The position numbers and the translations under genes were made by a program. 64,000 bases of DNA from Macrostomum lignano (Eukaryota). The DNA is taken from NCBI GenBank assembly GCA_002269645.1, contig NIVC01001845.1, forward strand, positions 1 through 64,000, in the 5' to 3' direction. The notes beneath the pieces are model-generated. The model searched no databases. It was given only the letters and a program-made list of their open reading frames with translations, and had not been told where the DNA came from. Shown here piece by piece: positions 24,535 through 37,232 of the stretch. The number at the start of each line of letters is the position of its first letter. Positions within the stretch are counted from its first letter, which is position 1.

Positions 24535-27500
24535 ATGACTAAGCTCCACGCTGCCAAAGGAGCGACATTCTGTCTGCAAATAAATTTACAGCATTGCGTA
24601 TCTGCGTCAGTAAATCTGATGAAGATTGCTGAGCTGTACAGGCCAGGCCTCATCCTGATCCAGGAACCCTGGATGCGCAACGGTAAGTTGCCCAACATTC
24701 CCTCTGGCTACTCTGATTTTTATGTGTGTGGCCCGGGGAACAGCCGCCCTAGAGCGGCTATCCTCGCTGCTAGCCATCTCCAGGCTTGGCTGAGGACTGA
24801 TCTCTCTGATGGAGACCTTTGCGTCATCCAATCTAATCATTTCTCTCCGCGTACGTGTCTTGTTGCCTCGGTTTATATCCCAGGCGACAGAGACCCTGCT
24901 CCGAGAGTTTACTGCGCCTTGCGCAGTACTGCGAGTCCCAGAACGCTGAGCTGTGCTTAGGGGGCGACCTCAACGCGCACCACAAGCACTGGGGCAGCAA
25001 AGATACCAACACTAGAGGAGAGGAGCTTCTGGCCCTCATCTCTAACACAAACCTCATGCTCTGCAACCGCGGCAGCACTCCTACCTTTAATAATGGCAGA
25101 TGGACCGAGGTCCTCGACGCCACACTCGTTACCCCAAGACTCTTTGACAGAGTCAAGGAGTGGAGAGTCTGGTCTGAGGAGCCCTCCCTGTCTGACCACT
25201 GCTTTATCGCCTTTAATATCGCGGACACTAAAACCCAGTCTCCGATCACTTGGAGACGCAATATCCGCAACACTGATTGGGCGGCCTACAAGGCTGCCCT
25301 TGATCTGCACCTGCAGGAACTCACGGACTTACGTCCGATTGAGACCTGCGAGGATGTGGATCATATGGCTGAGACGCTGACAGGTTGCATTATTGCAGCC
25401 TACGAAGCGGCTTGTCCTGCTCGCGCCTACAGAGGCAAGACCTCGGCGCCGTGGTGGAACCCGGAGCTGGGGAAACTCAGGCGGAAGGCCAAAAGCCTTC
25501 ATCGCCGTGCCATGAAGACCGGAAACCCGGAGGACATGGAGCTTTTCCGGCAAGCCTCCCGCAATTTCAAATCTGAAGTGCGCAAGGCCAAGGAATGTAA
25601 GTGGCGCCAATTCTGCAATGAATTGGATCAAGACAGACCTACTTCTAGGCTTGTCAAGGCCCTTACAATGGACAAAATGTCCAAATTAGCCATGATCAAA
25701 AAAGATGATGGCTCTCTTACTAAAGACCCTGAAGAAGTGCTTCAGCATATGCTTAGCACATTCTTCCCGAGGGTACCTACTGCTAGACCGGAGCCCAACC
25801 ATTCGATGGATGGAGCCACCCTAGCGGCGGGCATTGTCACTGAAGACCTAATCGCTCGTGCGGTCAGAACCTTCAAACCCTTCAAATCTCCTGGACCTGA
25901 TGGTATCTACCCTGTTCTCCTTCGTGAAGCAGCCAAGATACCCTCGTTCCTGAGACTCACCCGCAATCTTATGCGGGCCTCTATCCAGCTGGGATACGTT
26001 CCCAAAAGCTGGACTGAAGCTCGAGTAGTCTTTATTCCCAAACCTGGGAAGGGTGACTACCAAAGCGTCAAGGCCTTCCGGCCAATTAGCTTAACGTCAG
26101 CAATGCTTAAGCTCACTGAGAGGCTTATTCTCTGGCGGCTGCTCTCCTGCGAGCTGACAGCGATGCCCCTCAGCAATAATCAGCACGCCTTCCGTACCGG
26201 GAGGTCGACTGACAGCGCCCTGCATGCGATTGTCGAAAAGATTGAACGGGCGGTACTGGGTGACGGTTACGCCCTGGCTCTCTTTCTTGACATTGTTGGC
26301 GCCTTCGACAACGTTATCTTTGAAGCGTTTCAGAGGGCCCTTCAAAATCGCAAAGCTCATGCTACCCTCATACGGTGGATCATGTACATGATCTCCAACC
26401 GTACGGTCACTGCCCAACTTCTTGGGCAAACTGCCTCCACCAGAGTCTGTAAGGGTGGACCCCAAGGCGGAGTCCTCACCCCGACGCTCTGGAACCTGGT
26501 CATGGACGCTCTTCTGAGTGACTCCCGACCTGACCCCGTCTTCAAAGTCGGGTATGCTGATGACGTCACGGCCATTGTGGCAGGACCGTCTCCCAGCACG
26601 CTCAGGGATCTGATGCAGAGCTTTATCCGCAAAGCAGAATCCTGGGCCAATGACAATGGTTTGGAACTCTCTGAGCCCAAAACCGTTGCCATTATGTTTA
26701 CCAGCAGACTACGCTGGAACATACGTCCTCTGCAGCTCTACGGCAGAGATATTGCCTTCGCGCACCAGACCAGATGTCTCGGGGTCACACTTGACCACCG
26801 GCTCAACTGGTCCTTCCACGTGAAAGCAAAAGCTAAGCGTGCCTCAGCCATCCTGGCCCAGCTCCGACGAGCACTTGGCACTTCTTGGGGTCTATCCCCA
26901 AAGCGGCTTTGGTGGATCTATACTTCCGTAGTTAGACCTGCCATTACGTACGCCTCTGTTGTCTGGGTTAGCGCTACCCAGGTCAAAAGCCATGCAGACC
27001 TGCTCAACACGATCCAAGGCAGAGCGTGTAGGCTCATCTGCAACGCCACCAGGTCCACGCCCTTTGCTGGCATGGGGGCCTTTCTTAATCTTCCGCCTCT
27101 TGACCTCTTCATCAGGGGTGAGGCGGCTAGAACGACGCGGCGTCTAATTGATGCCGGCGTCAAATTCATTTACATGAGAGCACCTGCTAAGCGGAACCTT
27201 GTCCCGCATAGCGATCTGTGCCTCAACTTTCTCAACGAGTGTCAGGCCAATCGCGTCTTCACCGATGGCATTGCCTCAACGCTCAACCTGAGACAGCGCT
27301 ACTCCGTAGCTATCGACTCGCGCGATAACATCAATGACCATTGGAACCCTGGTGAGCTTCATTGCTACACCGACGGTTCTAAGCAGTCAGCCAACACCGG
27401 CTTTGGTGTTGGAATCTTTCTGAACGGGAGGGTCATCGCTACCCACGCTCAATACACTGGGGTCAACTCCAGTGTTTTCCAAAATGAAGTTCTGGCCATC

Positions 27501-28274
27501 AGCTCCTGCACTGCAGAGCTTCTCGCCACTGGCGTTACTGGTAAGAACATCATTTTCCATTCGGACAGCCAAGCTGCCTTGCACGCCATCAGTGGCTGCA
27601 GCACCAACTCTGCTACAGTCCTTGACTGTATCAAACTCCTCAATGTGTTGGGTTCCGCCAACAAAATTACCCTTAAGTGGGTTCCGGGGCATGTGGGGAT
27701 CCGAGGAAATGAGTTGGCTGACACCCTTGCAAAAGTTGGTGCCTCCGGCTCCTCTCTCGGCCCCGAACCTCTTGTCCCGATTCCTGGCTGTGTCATCGAC
27801 TCGCGCATCAAAGCGTGGATCAGGACTCAGCACCGCTCGACTTGGGCGAACCGCACGAACTGCAGGCAATCCAGAGGCGCTGTCCCTCAGCCCTCTCACC
27901 AGCTCCGGAAGCTCCTCTTGCGCCTCTCGCGCAGAGACATCCGGGCTGCCACCATGACCCTCTCTGGTCACGGCTGCTTCTCCAGGCACCAGTACCTGCA
28001 GGGCAACGCCACCAACGCCACCTGTAGTTTCTGCAACTCAGGTGACGAAACCGCTGAGCATTTCGTCAGCATCTGTCCCGCCTTCACGCGGGCCAGACTC
28101 ACTTACCTCGGGCCACACACATCTATTACTGAAGCGTGCAAACCCGAAAACTTTAATCAGCTCATGCGCTACCTTCGGGCCACCCGCAGGGCTGAACTCT
28201 CCTTTCCAGAGAGCACCATAGCTGCTGGCGACACTGGGGGACCTCCCTGGGCGGCGCCAACCCTCCGTCCATAG
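24535..28274 (+). CDS. pol: LINE ORF2: AP endonuclease + reverse transcriptase + RNase H, with one -1 frameshift near 24900
   Basis: APE motifs QINLQH, LIQEPW, GGDLNAHH, SDH. RT motifs SPGPDG, FRPISL, QGGVLTP, YADD. RNase H motifs YTDGSK, HSDSQAAL, WVPGHVGIRGNELAD. C-terminal CSFC..ETAEHFVSICP. Confidence 0.95.
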
Positions 28275-29955
28275 CGACGCGTCGGCCGTTCAGGGACTAG
28301 CGGAATGGGCGCCCGCGCCTTCCCGCTGTGTCCCCTCCGGGACAGCCCTGCAGCTAAGTCAAGAAGAAAAGTCAAATAGATCGAGGCCCAATCAAATACG
28401 AGAAGAAGGCTTTGGGAATTGAAGTGTCTGCCCCAGAAGACGTGCTGACTTTACTCTAGATGCAAGGAACCATGCTTTATTTGCTTGAGAAGTTGCACTC
28501 AAACGTCTGCTCATGCCGAAGTCGAGCAAATAAATATTTAATAACCATGAGCGGCATGGTTTTGTTACATATTCAGAATAAAAACGTTTTTTATTCAATT
28601 TTGCTGTCCTCCATTTTTTTCAGTGTATAGCTAAAAGTAGTACGAATTATGGACGCATATATTATTCATAAAAAATATGGCTTATTATGCTTTTCTCTTT
28701 ATAATTAAAATACATCCTCTAAAAGTCATTTTAAAAATTCAAGTTTAAGTTCTTTGACAACTTCCTCACGCAGCTTGAACTTCTGCACCTTGCCTGTAAC
28801 CGTCATGGGCATTTCGTGGTCTCTGAAAATTGCGTAACGCGGTACCTTAAAATGGGCAATTCGGCATCGTACGTAGGCCCTCAAATCCTCGGCGCTCACT
28901 GGGGTCTTCAGACGCACCACTGCGCAAAGTTCCTCTCCCATACGAGGATCCGGGACGCCGACAACCTGAGCTTCCGACACACAAGGATGAGTGTGCAGGA
29001 GGTTTTCAACCTCAGCTGGATAGATTTTCTCGCCGCCTAATAACCATGTCCTTGATGCGTCCCTTGACATAGCCGTATCCGTCTTCATCGATAAAGCCGA
29101 GATCACCAGTCTTGTACCACCGGTCGGGCCCGATCACTTCACCCGTTGCTTCTGGTTTGTTATGGTAGCCTCGCATGAGTAGGTAGCCTCTGGTGCAGAT
29201 CTCGCCCAGCTGGCCTCTAGGCACTAGAAGACCTTCGGCGTTAACAATCTTTACCTCCACGTGGGGCGCAACCCGACCAACCAAACTCTGTTGCTTCTCC
29301 TGGCTGTCATCCCAACGGCAATGGAAAATAATCGGGCTCGGTTCTGTAGCTCCGTAGCCCATTGTCACGCGGGACATGCCGAGCTCCGAAATTGCTCGTC
29401 TGATGATTTCCGGCGGACAGGACGCTCCCCCGATGATTCCACCACTCAGGCTGCAAAGATTCCTTGAAGCGACACCTGGCTGCTCTAGCAGATCGATCAG
29501 CATGGTTGGTGTACAGTAGACGGCTGTGCAGCGCTCAGTTTCTATTGCATCGATTGTTGCCACAGGGTCGAAGCTCGGTGCCGGATAGACTAAGCTGGCA
29601 GAGTGGAGCAGCACCTGCAGATTGCCCATAGCCATGCCGAAGCAGTGATAGAATGGTACCGGCAGACAGATGCGCTGCCTGAATCCATCGAAACCAGCAT
29701 TAATCCCAGCGAAGTGAGCATTGTTGAGTATGCTGTGATGCGTCAGCGCGGCCCCTTTCGGACTTCCGGTAGTTCCAGACGTGAATAAAATGCATGCAAT
29801 GTCATCCATTTGAACTCGAACCTCGATTCGAGCAGTTCTGTCGAGTGCATCGCTATTTTCTCCGACAGGACAGATCTCATTGAATCCAAAGACACCTGGC
29901 CGATTGATATCGTCCATGGCAATCAGGTGGCTGAGTGTTGGCATTGAACCCCTAG

Positions 29956-31016
29956 TGTAGTGAGCCGCTGGTTTTGTTTTTGGCGTTCCCCTTTGTCAGC
30001 AGTCTCCCTCGCCCTTGCCCTGGGTTGCTGTCTGCCGCTGGTCAGCTTCCCGCCCCCTTGGCCCGTCTGTTGCTGCCCTTGGCCTATTCTGCCCTTCTGC
30101 GTCTCTGTTCTCAGCATTCAGCTTCTCTGCTGTAGGCTGTCTCTGTTTCGTTCCCGTCCCGTTTTCCTCTGTCTTGTGAGCAAGTCACATGACAGATCTT
30201 GCGTTCTTGGAGTCTTAAAGTGCAGTAAACATGTTTACTGCACTCGCTGGTCCTGTTTACCGGGAGAATCACGTGCTTTCGGATCCCTCCCTTCTCTAAG
30301 GAGAGGAGTGACTCATGTTGCTAAAAATAGCAACTGAGTCACAGCCGCGTGTACTCTGGCCGGAGACCTTAAGTGACGTCAGTTCTAAAATTAGAACGAG
30401 TCACGAGGTCTTGCGCGCACAGGGACCCTGCCCCGAGACCTCGTGACGTCAGTTCTAAAAATAGAACAAGTCACGAGGTCTTGTGCGCGGAGAATCCCGG
30501 CTATAAATAGGACCCCTCTCCCCCTTGTTTCCGTCAAGGAGTCTTTGCGTGCTTCTAAACTTCTAAGATCCCGTGTGCATTATTGACTGAACTATGCCCT
30601 TTGCGTACACTGAATCTGCTTGTACTGGTCTGACTGAGACCCCACTAAAGCCCAACCTCAAGCCTACGAGAGGCTAACTCAGCCCCCCCCCCCTGTACCA
30701 ACCAAGCCCGGCAGGTGCTGCTGACGAGACGCCTGATACGTTGAGCTGCAAATCTGCACCCGGTGCTGTGTTCGTTGACTTCGTTATTTCGTTCCGACGG
30801 GAAGCTCACCTCATCGAAGGCCGAGACCTGAAGGAACTGGTGGCAGCACTACCTACGCTACTAAGAGCTACATGTAATAGAAGGCTTCCGGTTGAGAGGA
30901 TGGAGAGCCCAAATCACTGCGCGAGACAACCCCGAGACAACCATAAGTACTTCACTGGTGGCAGCGGTGGGATTCAAAGACCTACCAGGCCACCCGAGTC
31001 AACCAAAAGTACTTCA
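29956..31016 (+). mobile_element. Ty3/Gypsy-like LTR retrotransposon relic: one complete LTR (29956..30954), PBS, and the last ~28 bp of a second LTR
   Basis: TGTAGT...ACTTCA termini, CTAG TSD at 29952..29955 and 31017..31020, TATAAATA at 30502. The LTR end CCCGAG(A/T)CAACCA(T/A)AAGTACTTCA occurs twice. Confidence 0.9.
30956..30975 (+). promoter_or_regulatory. Primer-binding site complementary to the tRNA-Leu 3' end
   Basis: TGGTGGCAGCGGTGGGATTC, 1 nt after the LTR terminal CA; reverse complement of the GAATCCCACCGCTGCCACCA end of animal tRNA-Leu. Confidence 0.85.
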
Positions 31017-31762
31017 CTAGCCAGGCAGCTTTTTTGCGTTGTGCCCAAGTGTGGCCATAAATCTAGCATTCTATTGTAGTCCGACGACTTGAACTTTGCC
31101 GAATAAACTAGCGCCCGAAGTCCGACGCGGTTTGCACAGTAACGGAGTTCGTCAGCCCGATAGGCAGGGTTCATGGGCACCAGAACGAGGCCAGCTTTGG
31201 CGGCCGCGAACTGAGTTGTGAGCCACTGCAGGCTGTTGGGTCCCAGACGCCGATTCGATCGCCAGGCTCCAAGCCTGCCGCCAGCAGTCCAGCCGCCAGT
31301 CGGTCAACGTCAGTCCGAAGCTGACCAATCGAGCGTACAATCCGCGGACCCGAATTACCTACGGTTTCACTACCGAAGCAAAATGTGAATGCTTTTTGAT
31401 CTGGCTGCCTGTGGCTAGCTGCGTTCAACGCTTGGCCGATTGTATCAGCTCGAAGCGGCTCGCGTGTGGTGCCGAATACATAGCTGCTCAGAAAATTCCT
31501 ATTGCGTTGCCTACTGACCAGTCGAGCACTGGAGAGATTTAACACTCTTATTACCAGCATGCTTGTTCATTAGTGCTTGGACAACACAACCGTCTGTGAA
31601 AATTTGAAGGATATAGAAGTCTGCACAAAGAACCAGCTCATTTATCCGTAAGCTGCCGCTCATCCTATCATCCTACACACCCCCCTGGAAGCACTGCTGT
31701 GATAAATTAAATCTGTGTACTTAACGTCAGTAGTGTTACTGTCAGTGTAAATTAAGTCAATT

Positions 31763-32958
31763 CTTAGTGTCTAGGGGTGTCTAGGCATTGGCTATATTAG
31801 CATCTGCCTTAGTGTCCAGGGGTGTCTAGGGACTATATTTAGCATCTGTCCTAGTGTCTAGGGGTGTCTAGGCATTGGCTATATTAGCATCTGTCTTAGT
31901 GTCTTGGGGTGTCTAGACATTGGCTATATTAGCATCTGTCTTAGTGTCTAGGGGTGTAGGGACTATATTTAGCATCTGCCTTAGTGTCTAGGGGTGTCTA
32001 GGCATTGGCTATATTAGCATCTGCCTTAGTGTCTAGGGGTGTCTAGGCATTGGCTATATTAGCATCTGTCTTAGTGTCTTGGGGTGTCTAGACATTGGCT
32101 ATATTAGCATCTGTCCTAGTGTCTTGGGGTGTCTAGACATTGGCTATATTAGCATCTGTCTTAGTGTCCAGGGGTGTCTAGGGACTATATCTAGCATCTG
32201 TCCTAGTGTCTAGGGGTGTCTAGGCATTGGCGATATTAGCATCTGTCTTAGTGTCTTGGGGTGTCTAGACATTGGCTATATTAGCATCTGTCTTAGTGTC
32301 TAGGGGTGTAGGGACTATATTTAGCATCTGTCCTAGTGTCTAGGGGTGTCTAGGCCATGGCTGCTATATTACCATCTGCCTTAGTGTCTAGGGGTGTCTA
32401 GGCATTGGCTATATTAGCATCTGTCTTAGTGTCTTGGGGTGTCTAGACATTGGCTATATTAGCATCTGTCTTAGTGTCTAGGGGTGTAGGGACTATATTT
32501 AGCATCTGTCCTAGTGTCTAGGGGTGTCTAGGCCATGGCTGCTATATTACCATCTGCCTTAGTGTCTAGGGGTGTCTAGGCATTGGCTATATTAGCATCT
32601 GTCCTAGTGTCTTGGGGTGTCTAGACATTGGCTATATTAGCATCTGTCTTAGTGTCTAGGGGTGTAGGGACTATATTTAGCATCTGTCCTAGTGTCTAGG
32701 GGTGTCTAGGCCATGGCTGCTATATTAGCATCTGCCTTAGTGTCTAGGGGTGTCTAGGCATTGGCTATATTAGCATCTGCCTTAGTGTCTAGGGGTGTCT
32801 AGGCATTGGCTATATTAGCATCTGCCTTAGTGTCTAGGGGTGTCTAGGCATTGGCTATATTAGCATCTGTCTTAGTGTCTAGGGGTGTCTAGACATTGGC
32901 TATATTAGCATCTGTCCTAGTGTCTTGGGTCGTCTAGACATTGGCTATATTAGCATCT
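31763..32958. repeat. ~45-bp satellite (AGCATCTGTCTTAGTGTCTAGGGGTGTCTAGGCATTGGCTATATT and 41-49 bp variants)
   Basis: About 26 visible tandem units. Confidence 0.95.
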
Positions 32959-33408
32959 ATCTCAATTGCAAATTCACGTCAAATTTGGTTCATTTCTGTC
33001 TTAACTGAAGCCTTTTTTAAGTGAAGTTACTGAATAATAATACTCTATAGCAGCTTTATTTAGATTTTTGATTGACTGTCAATCTGTTTTAACTGCATGC
33101 GACCCACAATTAAAGACTGTTGTTACGTTGGTCTATGTCAGTAGTATTTATTAAAGTACTTATTAGCTCGCAAACGATGAGATATTTGGTGTGTGCTAGA
33201 AATAACAGACGGATAAAAAATCTGATGAAATATGGTCCGAAAACAACTGAAACTAATTAAGAAAGCCTTAATATTCTAGACTAAGCCGATTTCGGCATTG
33301 GCATTGGCTTTTATTAACCGTTTGCGTCGACTTGTATCAAGCTGATTAACTGAGGCTCTGTAGCCAACGGAGATAACATAAAAATAGCTAAATAATAAAT
33401 AAAAAAAC

Positions 33409-34078
<670 letters not shown>

Positions 34079-34608
34079 GTCACTTGCGTCATCTTCTGTG
34101 GATTTTGTGACTGACATTATCATGAGTTGTACAATTGAAAGAAGAAAGGCGCGGAATGACATAAATATGATAGCAAGTGACGGCGGCCTCGCAGTTTGAT
34201 GGGGTTGTGTCCCTATCCCTTATATTTGAATTAATTCGTAAAAATTGTATTCAAATAGTTTCATTGGAAATAACAGATTTTCTTCAAAATGTGTAAAAAA
34301 TTGTCTCTGTATGTGTTTTTGTCTTTGCTCAGCGATCAAAAGTGTCACTGGCTACTTTTGAACACCTGGCTCGTACGCACCGTGGTTTTCGCTCATTATT
34401 TTCCATGAAGTTGATCGTCACAGTAATTTAAATTTGATTGCATTTTCAATCTGGCCCGCACGGGGTGCTGGCCAGGCCTGGCCGCGCGCCGCGGACGGAC
34501 GTCGATGCATGCAAACGACTAAAATTACGTTTTCAAAATTAATCTCTTTCATACTAATTATTAGTATTAGCTAGCCTAGATCCCTATTATTATTATTTTT
34601 GTCATAAG

Positions 34609-34835
34609 CTTAGTGTCTTAGTGTCTAGGGGTGTAGGGACTATATTTAGCATCTGTCCTAGTGTCTAGGGGTGTCTAGGCCATGGCTGCTATATTACCAT
34701 CTGCCTTAGTGTCTAGGGGTGTCTAGGCATTGGCTATATTAGCATCTGTCCTAGTGTCTTGGGGTGTCTAGGCATTGGCTATATTAGCATCTGTCCTAGT
34801 GTCTTGGGGTGTCTAGACATTGGCTATATTAGCAT
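34609..34835. repeat. Second block of the ~45-bp satellite
   Basis: Same units and variants as 31763..32958. Confidence 0.93.
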
Positions 34836-36282
34836 ATAATTATCTGATGCTTGAGAGGGCTTGGCATCAGGCCTAAAGGCATATCACATGAAAGCCAATG
34901 ATGTAGATTTTTGCTCTCAAAAGCATAGTGCATTAGTGCATAGGCCTATAGCTAAATTTATAGATGGTTATATTTATAACTTATCATTGCTCAATTATTA
35001 GCTCTATTTTTTGTAATGTACTACACTACTAGGTAGTGTCCTCTCCTCACATACACCCTAGGGCAATAGAAAATGCCAATAAATAGCATACTCATGCTTG
35101 TTTGCTATAGACTTAACCATAAGAATATTTAGCCACGATTTTTTAATTAGGAAACATGGCTCTAAAAAGATTAGTAATAGTAGTTTAATCCCTAATAGGC
35201 CTAATGAAACTTTTTGACTTGAAGTCTATATTCTTTTTTTAGCTTAAAAGTTAATATGTAATTCCACTAGGCCTATTGTTAACATTGCAGACATTACATT
35301 TTTTGCATGAGTCTTTCAATTTCATAGTCTTTCATTTTTAAACCAATTCTTGGCATTCAAGGTGAAAATCTAGCTTTTATCAAATATAGTTTGCTAGAAT
35401 TGCTTAGATTTAGAACTTATTTAGAATTTTAATGCTAAAGTGGTTGAAGATAGGCCTAAAGTAAGCAATAAGATGAAGTAGGCCTATGACCTGCCTTGCT
35501 ACTTATTAGTTGTTAAGTAGGCCCTAGTGATTATAACTTAGCATGGCCTACCATTAGATAATAAAAATAAACCAGATATATATAGGCCTAACCATTAAAT
35601 AAATTGGCCTATCCTAATTTTCTTCTCAATTAATCTTTGTGAATTCACTTTATATAACATTTTATAGCCTACTGATATATTACCGACATTATTAGTTTTC
35701 TATCTGCATAATATCCATAGCAAAATCCTTTTTGTAGACCCACTTGGAGCTATGCCAAGAACTTCCCACTGTTTTAAAGGGACTATTGAGTGGCAATAAC
35801 CCTCAAAGCCTTTAGATCCTAAAAGATATTAGGAAGTAAAACAGTGCATTCCACATGACATCTTTAGGTGCCTAGGAGCACCTGTAGCCTGGCTAGAAGG
35901 GTGGGGAAGGGGAAATTGAAGGGGGTCATTATAAGAAGTTTCATTGGAAAGGGTTCATTGGAAAGGGGTTCTAGGTGAAAGGGGTTATAAAGGGTTCAAC
36001 CACCCCCAAAGGAACAACCCTTATTAAATGATAAAAACCTCATTTATGTTTGCCTACATGTCTGACTCTAACACAGATGTAAGATATATAATACAACAAA
36101 CAAAAAATGCTTCTGTGTTATATTCTACTAAAAGGGGGTCTATGTGCCATAGCTATAGCAGTAAATAAAACTATGGCTTATTCCAATTCTCTATATTCTA
36201 TAGCCATAGGGACTCCAATATTATCATATTCCTATATATTAAAATTTAAGGTTTATATTGTATTATCATTTTTATATTATCA

Positions 36283-37232
36283 CTAGCGCTTATGGGAAAA
36301 ATCCGACCTTCTGGCAGAATCGTCGAATATCTCGACGGTCCGAAGGGCTGGCGACTTGATTCTTGTTTGAGAAGGTGCGCAACAAAAAGTTAGCCCGTGT
36401 TCTTGAATTTCGTGTGCCTGCGTTGCTCCGTTCCGGCGCAGCAAAAAAAATTGTCAGGGGGGGGGGAAATTTTCCCCCCCCTCTTGGTAGTTTGACGGGC
36501 GGAAAAATGGCTTGGTATTCCTACTGTTAAAAAGCTATTCCAAAACACTGTACATTCGCTATGTACATTGAGCCCTATCGCCTGATCCTTCGTCTGGGGG
36601 AATGAGTTGGATGAGGGCAAACAACAGAAAAAGCAGACAAACTTCACATGCTTACAGTTTCTTTTTCGGTTGAGTTACAGAGTTGAAACTTTACATTTAG
36701 ATAGAGAATAAGTCAATGAAAATTGTGTCAAGTTTGAAGTCAATCGTTTTATGTGGAGCAAACTTATGGCAGCTGAAAGTTAGTCAATTTTGAAACCCTT
36801 TTACACATCTGGGCCCAGATCGGTATCGGGAAAGAGAGGCAGGCGGGTGGAGGTTGGGGTGGTTGCTACGCTGAAAAAAACAGCCTAACTTTAAAAGTGC
36901 ACCGCGGCTTTCAGGATTAACTTTGAGATTTGAAATTTTACACGATTGTGTCAAAATAGTTGAAGATTGTTTGTGTCAAATTTGAAGAGAATCGGTAGAA
37001 GTGGAGCGGCGCTATGGAGGATTTAGTGAAAAAATCGCGCATTTTGAGCAGTTTTTTGTACTTTTAGGTAGGAAGACTTGAGTCTAGGAAGTTAAAAAGT
37101 AGCCTAAGACATTCTCCGTAGTAAGTTTAGGGTGGGTGTAAAGTTTGGTGTCATTTGGTTGAGCGGTTTGGGAGTCCATAGCGAAGTAATTTGTCCACAG
37201 ACAGACAGAGTTTTGATTTTTATAGGTAGAGA
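36283..37232 (-). mobile_element. Complete 950-bp non-autonomous Helitron-like element (copy 2)
   Basis: Minus strand: A|TCTCTACCTATA at the 5' end (37232) and CTAG|T at the 3' end (36283). Subterminal hairpin CGTCGA-GATAT-TCGACG (~36321..36337). AT insertion site, no TSD. 5' part matches 13172..13546. Confidence 0.8.

Larger units (their letters stand above)
22476..28373 (+). mobile_element. Full-length non-LTR retrotransposon (LOA/R1-group, RNase H-bearing)
   Basis: 14-bp TSD AAATAGATCGAGGC at 22462..22475 and 28374..28387. ORF1 plus ORF2 (APE-RT-RNase H-zinc motif). 3' tail AAGTCAAGAAGAAAAGTC. Confidence 0.93.
28726..31560 (-). pseudogene. ACSF2: ACSF2-like medium-chain acyl-CoA synthetase pseudogene (intronless; LTR insertion plus 2 frameshifts)
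   Basis: Mitochondrial-leader-like N-terminus, MNPAY, FTSGTTGSPKG (P-loop), YGATEPSP, WYKTGDLG, GRIKDMVI.GGEKIYPAEVE, VTGKVQKFKLRE. Frameshifts near 31245 and 29035. Removing 29956..31016 plus one TSD copy restores the frame (QKSCLA|RGSMPTLSHL). Confidence 0.9.
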
